Below, one piece after another: positions 25,834 through 31,231 of a stretch of 31,231 nt of DNA. The notes beneath the pieces are model-generated. The model searched no databases. It saw nothing but the letters and a program-made list of their open reading frames with translations, and had not been told where the DNA came from. The DNA is from Acidimicrobiales bacterium (lineage in GTDB: Bacteria; Actinomycetota; Acidimicrobiia; Acidimicrobiales; SZUA-35): NCBI GenBank assembly GCA_013003325.1, contig JABDJU010000151.1, positions 1 through 31,231 on the forward strand, written 5' to 3'. The translations under genes and the position numbers were made by a program. Positions within the stretch are counted from its first letter, which is position 1, and every line of letters starts with the position of its first letter.

Positions 25834-26109
25834 TCAGGTTCCGTAAATCGGCACGTCGGGGCCGACGAACTCCTTGAAGAGTTTCAGGATCTCGCCGGGT
25901 TCGGCATGGCGGCCGGTCTCATCCTTGCTGTACAGCACCGTGTCGTTGACCACGACATCAAAAACCCCCGATCCACCCATCTCCAGCGTGAAGTCGTCGA
26001 TGATGTGCTGGTAATTGGTGATGAGGTCTGCGGTCGCGCTCACGGCGTGACTGGAATAGTCTCAGGGCACGCAGTACTTGAGGGAGATGCGGTAACGCTC
26101 GGCAGCCAT
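25834..26109 (-). CDS. Rdx-family (SelW/SelT/SelH-like) selenoprotein, 91 aa, Sec at codon 16
   Basis: ATG 26109 gives MAAERYRISLKYCVP-TGA-DYSSHAVSATADL...GGSGVFDVVVNDTVLYSK; CxxU motif; TAGACT-6 nt-ATG promoter pattern. Confidence 0.85.
26033..26051 (-). promoter_or_regulatory. Candidate bacterial SECIS hairpin
   Basis: GTC-A-CGC[CGTGA]GCG-C-GAC starting 11 nt after the UGA; loop begins after 17 nt, with G at loop position 2. Confidence 0.45.
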
Positions 26110-26118
26110 GCGGCCAGT

Positions 26119-26847
26119 CTAGGGGCGCTCGTCAGCACCCCGAGCGATCGGTGATGATCGGGCGGCTCGGACCAGTGCGCCGAGGGCGGCGTGAAGCTCA
26201 GCGGAGTCATCCAGACGCTGCGGGAACGGGACCCGGCCTCGGTTCCGCCGTCCCGGTTCGTCGACAACAGCCACGACGCCGTACCGATCGATGTGAACAA
26301 GCTCGGCGGAACGAGCAAGCCAGCGGCCTCCGAGCGACCTGAAGATGAGCAAGAGGTTGTCGTCGAGCCGGTCGGCGACGTCATCGATGTCGGCGGCGGT
26401 GAGATCGGCCAGCGGGTCGGGCTCGGCGCCGAAGAGATCTTCGGGCCGAAGCCAGTGTTCATCGCCGTCGTCATCGGTCCACCGCACCCGCTCAACCCGC
26501 AAGCCAAACCAGCTGTAGTCCAACGACTCGACCTGACGGGTAAGGGTTGGGTGGAGAGCAACAAACCGAGGCTGTAGCTCCAACTGTTGCAGGCCCGGTA
26601 CCGCCACCAGCTCTCCCTGCAGGAGCAGACGGTCGGCGATGCTCATCGCCGCACGGCTATCGCGACGGGCCCGTTCGGTATGGGTCGTTAGGTTCGACAA
26701 GACCGTGATCGGTTGGCCCGACCCATCGTCCACGATCGGTACCGGTGCCACGACCGGACGTCCGTCGGTGTCGACGGTGGCGAGACCGGCGGTCTTTGCG
26801 ACCGAGACAACGCTTCGCGCCTGTTCTGGCATGGTCGGGGCGAGCAC
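26119..26847 (-). CDS. HugZ-like / pyridoxamine 5'-phosphate oxidase-like split-barrel protein with a DUF2470-like C-terminal domain
   Basis: LATVDTDGRP, LSNLTTHT...DSR, PDPLA, IDRYG and RVPFP pattern; start uncertain (26847 or 26832). Confidence 0.7.
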   Translation of the reverse strand: MLAPTMPEQARSVVSVAKTAGLATVDTDGRPVVAPVPIVDDGSGQPITVLSNLTTHTERARRDSRAAMSIADRLLLQGELVAVPGLQQLELQPRFVALHPTLTRQVESLDYSWFGLRVERVRWTDDDGDEHWLRPEDLFGAEPDPLADLTAADIDDVADRLDDNLLLIFRSLGGRWLARSAELVHIDRYGVVAVVDEPGRRNRGRVPFPQRLDDSAELHAALGALVRAARSSPIARGADERP

Positions 26848-26962
26848 AGTGACGTATCGACCCGTCGTTCACCGACCCTTAGCGCCACCGGAACGGACCG
26901 AAGCGCCGCCGGCGCAATTACCATGTCCTCGTGACCGCTCGAGTCAGATCGCAGATGACGTC

Positions 26963-27769
26963 GTGACGGCGTCCTACGCCTTCGATCGCGAGCACGGGGG
27001 CCGGCTGGCCAGCCTCAGGTTGGGAGAGTGCGAGCTGCTGTACGGGGATGCTTCCAACAAGGCCACATCCTGGGGGGCCTATCCCATGGTGCCCTACGCC
27101 GGCCGGGTTGCCCATGGCCGGTTCGAATTCGACGGCGACGCTTACCAGCTCGAAGTCAACCACGGGCCCCACGCGATCCACGGCACCGCCTTCACCGCCC
27201 CCTGGGACCAACTGGGCCCAGGACATCTCGTTCACGAGCTCGATTCTCGATGGCCGCTCGGTGGGACCGTGTCCCACCGAGCCGAACTCGCCGGAGATGC
27301 CCGCGCCGGGAGGTTGGTTCTCGAGCTCGCCGTGATGGCCACCGACCGGGCCATGCCGGCAATGGTGGGCTGGCACCCATGGTTCAGACGCCAACTCACC
27401 CCTGGCGGTCCGAGTGTCCAGATCGAAATCGACGAGCTGGAATCAGCACAGCTCTACCAAGTCGCAGACGACATGATCCCGACCGGCGAGCTCATCTCAC
27501 CTCCACCTCCCGGTCCGTGGGACCATCCCTTCCGCCGGATCACCGAGCCGATACGGCTCCGCTGGGAAGGCCACCTGCTGCTGCACCTAGCGTCGACCTG
27601 TGACCATTGGGTGATCTACAACCGGCCCGAACATGCAGTATGCGTCGAGCCCCAAAGCGCTCCGCCCAACATCTTCAATCCCGAATCGTTCGACCTAGCT
27701 CCGACCGTGCTCCAGCCCGGCGAGCAACTGGTCCACACCTTCACCATCGACTGGACGTCGCTACGGTGA
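26963..27769 (+). CDS. Aldose 1-epimerase family protein
   Basis: HGGRLASL, YPMVPYAGRV, HAIHG, GWHPWF and CVEPQS; start uncertain (see finding). Confidence 0.85.
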   Translation: MTASYAFDREHGGRLASLRLGECELLYGDASNKATSWGAYPMVPYAGRVAHGRFEFDGDAYQLEVNHGPHAIHGTAFTAPWDQLGPGHLVHELDSRWPLGGTVSHRAELAGDARAGRLVLELAVMATDRAMPAMVGWHPWFRRQLTPGGPSVQIEIDELESAQLYQVADDMIPTGELISPPPPGPWDHPFRRITEPIRLRWEGHLLLHLASTCDHWVIYNRPEHAVCVEPQSAPPNIFNPESFDLAPTVLQPGEQLVHTFTIDWTSLR

Positions 27770-29244
27770 CGGCCCTTGCCCGTGACGATGCCTGCGTGCT
27801 GGGTGTCGATTCCAGCACCGGATCGACCAAGGTGGAGATTCTCAGCCTCGCCGATGGTCGGCTGATCGACCAAGCCCGTTCACCGCACCCGGCGACCACC
27901 CCGCCGGTGAGTGAACAACACCCAGACACGTGGTGGCAGGCGTTCCTCCACTGTCTCGATCAGGTCGCCGAGAACCTATCCAGCGTGCGCGCCATCAGCA
28001 TCTCCGGCCAGCAACATGGGCTCGTCGTTCTAGACGGTGCGGATCAACCACTCCGCCCGGCCAAGCTGTGGAACGACACCACCTCGGCCCTCGAGAGTCA
28101 ACAGATGATCGATCTGCTCGGCCGGCAACGATGGGCACACGAGGTGGGATCCCTCCCGGGACCGTCCTTCACGGTCACCAAACTGAAGTGGCTCTCGGAT
28201 CACGAACCGGCGACCTTTGGTTCGGTTCGTCGGGTTGGCTTGCCCCACGACTACTTGAACCTCAAAATCACAGGTCGCTGGACCACCGATCGCGGTGACG
28301 CGTCCGGAACCGGCTACTGGTCGCCACGGGAGGGCCGTTACCGTGCCGATCTTCTTTCCGAGGTTGGCCTCGATATCGACTCGATCGAATTCCCCCGGGT
28401 CGCCAACCCCTTCGCGTCGATCGGCACAGTCTCGAGTCACGAGCTGACCAACCGCGGAGTTGCCAGCGACACCCTCGTCGCGCCGGGCAGCGGCGACAAC
28501 ATGAGCGCCGCTCTCGGGTTGGGTGTCGGACCCGGTGATCTTGTCGTTTCGTTGGGCACGTCGGGCACGGCCTATGCGGTCTCGAATACGCCCACATCCG
28601 ACGAAACCGGTTTGGTCGCCGGCTTCGCCGATGCCACCGGTCGATATCTGCCGTTGGTCTGCACCTTGAACGCAACCAAGGTGACCGAGTCGTTCCGCGC
28701 CCTGCTCGACGTGGACCATACCGAGTTCGATCGTTTGGCGATGGCTGCCCCGCAGGGTGCAAACGGATTGACGCTCGTGCCGTACTTCGACGGCGAAAGA
28801 ACGCCGAATCTGCCCAACGCCCGCGGGCTGCTCAGCGGCCTGCGAGCACCGATGAATCGGCCACAGATCGCCAGGGCCGCGGTCGAAGGTGTCACGTGCG
28901 GGCTGCTCGACGGGGTGGATGCGCTGCTCAACGCTGGTGTTCCATTGCCGGGACGTTTCTTCCTCATCGGTGGCGGGGCGCGTTCGCAGGCCTTCGCCAC
29001 ATCGTTCGCATCCCTTTCGGGACGATCGGTGCTGATTCCCGAAGCCGACGAAACAGTGGCCCGGGGGGCGGCCGTGCAGGCGGCGTGCGTGGCCACCGGA
29101 GAAACACCAACTTCCATCGCAGAGAGATGGAAGCTCGATCGCGCTGAGACGGTCGAACCATTGATCCACGAGGAGGCAGAGTCGGCCGAGGCGGTTCGGG
29201 CGCGGTATCGTCATGTCGCATCGCTCGCCGGAGAGCTGTGGTGA
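27766..29244 (+). CDS. xylB: Xylulokinase (FGGY carbohydrate kinase)
   Basis: GVDSST, SGQQHG, PAKLWNDT, TDRGDASGTG, SLGTSGT, PYFDGERTP and IGGGARS; GTGA overlap with the epimerase stop. Confidence 0.85.
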   Translation: MTALARDDACVLGVDSSTGSTKVEILSLADGRLIDQARSPHPATTPPVSEQHPDTWWQAFLHCLDQVAENLSSVRAISISGQQHGLVVLDGADQPLRPAKLWNDTTSALESQQMIDLLGRQRWAHEVGSLPGPSFTVTKLKWLSDHEPATFGSVRRVGLPHDYLNLKITGRWTTDRGDASGTGYWSPREGRYRADLLSEVGLDIDSIEFPRVANPFASIGTVSSHELTNRGVASDTLVAPGSGDNMSAALGLGVGPGDLVVSLGTSGTAYAVSNTPTSDETGLVAGFADATGRYLPLVCTLNATKVTESFRALLDVDHTEFDRLAMAAPQGANGLTLVPYFDGERTPNLPNARGLLSGLRAPMNRPQIARAAVEGVTCGLLDGVDALLNAGVPLPGRFFLIGGGARSQAFATSFASLSGRSVLIPEADETVARGAAVQAACVATGETPTSIAERWKLDRAETVEPLIHEEAESAEAVRARYRHVASLAGELW

Positions 29245-29801
29245 GCGAGGGCGTGTCGACGCGTCGACTCAACGCTGCCGCTTCGCTGCTCACCGGACCG
29301 GGCACCGCCGAGCTGGTGCTCGAACGCCTCGACGACGCCGAGCTCGGCAACGTCATCGAGCTCTCGCGGCAACTGCAGAGCCGCAGAGCGATCGACCGGG
29401 GAGACCACGACGAGATCATCGCAGCCGCCTTCGAGAATTCGTTCAACGGCGACGGTCTGGGGTCTGACCCCTACCTGGTCGGCAACGTGGTGGTCTGTCC
29501 CGGCGCTCTGATCTGGACGTCCAAAACGAGCCACACGTGCAGGTTTGTCAGCGTCAACGACACGTGGGTGTGGGACAGTCTCGAACTGATTCGCGAGGAC
29601 AAGCGCAGCAGCCCCGGCTCGCGAGACGGGTTCCGAGCCGTGGCGCTGATCCCAACCGCGACCGGCACCGAACTCGATGTGGTGAGTGGCAAGGCCCGTT
29701 CGGGCGGGCACCAGGTCACACGGGTCGTTTCTTATCGCATCGATCGCGATGGCTTGACACAGGTCAGCCAGCGCAATGTGACTCCCGCGGGCATGAAGTA
29801 G
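29241..29801 (+). CDS. Hypothetical protein, translationally coupled to xylB
   Basis: GTGA overlap at 29241-29244; high GC3; helical N-half and beta-rich C-half by composition. Confidence 0.75.
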   Translation: MSEGVSTRRLNAAASLLTGPGTAELVLERLDDAELGNVIELSRQLQSRRAIDRGDHDEIIAAAFENSFNGDGLGSDPYLVGNVVVCPGALIWTSKTSHTCRFVSVNDTWVWDSLELIREDKRSSPGSRDGFRAVALIPTATGTELDVVSGKARSGGHQVTRVVSYRIDRDGLTQVSQRNVTPAGMK

Positions 29802-29823
29802 GCGGCGACGCGAAGCTTGTCGA

Positions 29824-29976
29824 TCAGCCGGAGTTGCCCGCGCCGTTGCCGAATCCCACTCCGAAGTAGAAGATGGCGATAACGATCAACAACGCCAGGA
29901 GCGTAAGGGCCAGCCATTGTTGGCTCGGGTTGAGAAATCCCTGCTTGTTGCGGGCTGACGGCTTGTTACCTGCCAT
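29824..29976 (-). CDS. Small single-pass membrane protein (50 aa)
   Basis: MAGNKPSARNKQGFLNPSQQWLALTLLALLIVIAIFYFGVGFGNGAGNSG; AAAGGGAG upstream of ATG 29976; basic N-terminus then one TM helix. Confidence 0.6.
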   Translation of the reverse strand: MAGNKPSARNKQGFLNPSQQWLALTLLALLIVIAIFYFGVGFGNGAGNSG

Positions 29977-30061
29977 GGACGTCGACGCTCCCTTTGTCAC
30001 TCGATACTGAACAATGTGCCCTATAGTAGATGTATCGGCGGGTCGGGTAGCTGCTTGATCC

Positions 30062-30146
30062 ATCGGTGGTGTCAACACCGATTTCGCCATCACAACGCAC
30101 GACACGCTGGCCCCAACGCCAGCCGCTCTGGAAGTGGTGATTTGAA
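30062..30146 (+). promoter_or_regulatory. Candidate structured leader of the homocysteine methyltransferase gene
   Basis: Stems ATCGGTG/CACCGAT, GCTGGC/GCCAGC and CATCAC/GTGGTG; the last overlaps the GGTGAT Shine-Dalgarno. Confidence 0.35.
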
Positions 30147-31151
30147 ATGAACGATTCCGCCGTAGCACTCAATCCATTCCTGGACCTTCTCAGGTCGGAC
30201 CGACCGCTGTTAGCCGATGGAGCCATGGGAACGTCGTTGTTTGCCCTCGGGCTGATCTCGGGCGACTGTCCGGAACGATGGAACATCGAAACCCCTCAGC
30301 GGGTGGTCGAGGTACACCGCGGCTACATCCGGGCGGGATGCGACATCATCCTGACGAACTCCTTTGGCGGCAACGGGTACCGGCTGAAACTGCACGGCCT
30401 CGAGGGCCAGGTGCACCAACTGAACGAGGCCGCCGCGCAACTAGCTTGCTCGACGGCGCTGGAAACGGACAGGAGCATCGTGGTGGCCGGGTCGATGGGA
30501 CCCACCGGCGAATTGCTCGAACCGATGGGCACGATGTCACCAGAGGCGTGTGCGGCGGCGTATGCCGATCAAGCGAAGGGTCTGGATGCGGGCGGGGTCG
30601 ACGTGCTCTGGCTCGAGACCCTCAGCGACATCGGCGAAGTCCGAGCCGCTCTGGCCGGGATTCGTTCGGTATCTGAGCTGCCTGTGGTGGTGACGATGAG
30701 CTTTGATACCAATGGCCGCACGATGATGGGACTGACGGCCACCGACATGGCCGAGGAACTTCTGGCCCTCGGTGTCGACGCCTTCGGGGCCAACTGTGGA
30801 AACAATCTCGCTGACACCGAAGAGGCGGTCCGCCAGTTGATGCAGGCAGCGCCCCAGATCCCGATCGTCAGCAAGGCCAACGCCGGTATCCCGCAATGGC
30901 ACGATGACGGGCTGGTGTATTCGGGAACCCCTGAGGTGATGGCCGCCCATGCCCATCGACTGCACGAGCTCGGGGTCCGGATCATCGGCGGATGCTGTGG
31001 ATCGACCCAGGACCACATCGCAACGATGCGACAGGTGATCGACGGTGAACTCGATCCGCCCGATATCCCGGCACCGCGTCCCGAGCCGAGACCAACAAGG
31101 ACCGCCCCGTCGAGTCGGCGAACGCGCCGCGGCCGGGCCGGGCGGGGCTAA
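30147..31151 (+). CDS. Stand-alone homocysteine S-methyltransferase (betaine-homocysteine methyltransferase / MetH Hcy-domain type)
   Basis: LADGAMGT, TNSFGGN, GSMGPTG, GANCG and IIGGCCG (Zn ligands), MSFDTNGRTMMG, KANAGIP; Arg-rich tail; no pterin or cobalamin domain. Confidence 0.9.
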   Translation: MNDSAVALNPFLDLLRSDRPLLADGAMGTSLFALGLISGDCPERWNIETPQRVVEVHRGYIRAGCDIILTNSFGGNGYRLKLHGLEGQVHQLNEAAAQLACSTALETDRSIVVAGSMGPTGELLEPMGTMSPEACAAAYADQAKGLDAGGVDVLWLETLSDIGEVRAALAGIRSVSELPVVVTMSFDTNGRTMMGLTATDMAEELLALGVDAFGANCGNNLADTEEAVRQLMQAAPQIPIVSKANAGIPQWHDDGLVYSGTPEVMAAHAHRLHELGVRIIGGCCGSTQDHIATMRQVIDGELDPPDIPAPRPEPRPTRTAPSSRRTRRGRAGRG

Positions 31152-31231
31152 ACCGCCGACGTCGGTTGGCGCATTCGCCCGGTGCCGGGCGCGGCGGCTG
31201 AGATCGGTACTGTCGATGCATGGCTCCCTCC

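Noticed and set aside
30015-30034. NrdR box
   Set aside because: Only about 9/16 match to the consensus, single copy, no nrd genes nearby; better explained as overlapping -10 hexamers.

Overview
High-GC (about 65% by eye) bacterial chromosomal segment. Gene content and promoter style suggest Actinomycetota, probably Acidimicrobiia (inference). I saw no mobile element, CRISPR array, rRNA or tRNA. Order: partial flavin reductase, NUDIX hydrolase, acyl-CoA synthetase, small hypothetical, lipoprotein, SDR, crotonase-family enzyme, DUF5522-like Cys protein, glycerophosphodiester phosphodiesterase; a complete conservon-type operon (sensor kinase, roadblock, DUF742, small GTPase) head-to-head with a DUF4388/PATAN-like gene and an XRE-HTH gene; gltB (intact) with gltD (in-frame TAG plus a Gly-to-Asp change in a conserved motif); M18 aminopeptidase, hypothetical, K+-dependent membrane pyrophosphatase, a degenerate Glu/Leu/Phe/Val dehydrogenase homolog, zinc peptidase, psuG, flavodoxin/MazG divergent pair, TrmH methyltransferase, a SelW/Rdx selenoprotein truncated by the ORF track (CxxU, UGA at codon 16), HugZ-like protein, aldose epimerase, xylulokinase, two hypotheticals and a stand-alone homocysteine S-methyltransferase. 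Best leads: the conservon extended by DUF4388/XRE, the hidden selenoprotein with a candidate SECIS, the damaged gltD, a structured gltB leader, the dehydrogenase pseudoenzyme and a 105-bp multi-stem element. All family assignments come from motif recognition; no database search was run.
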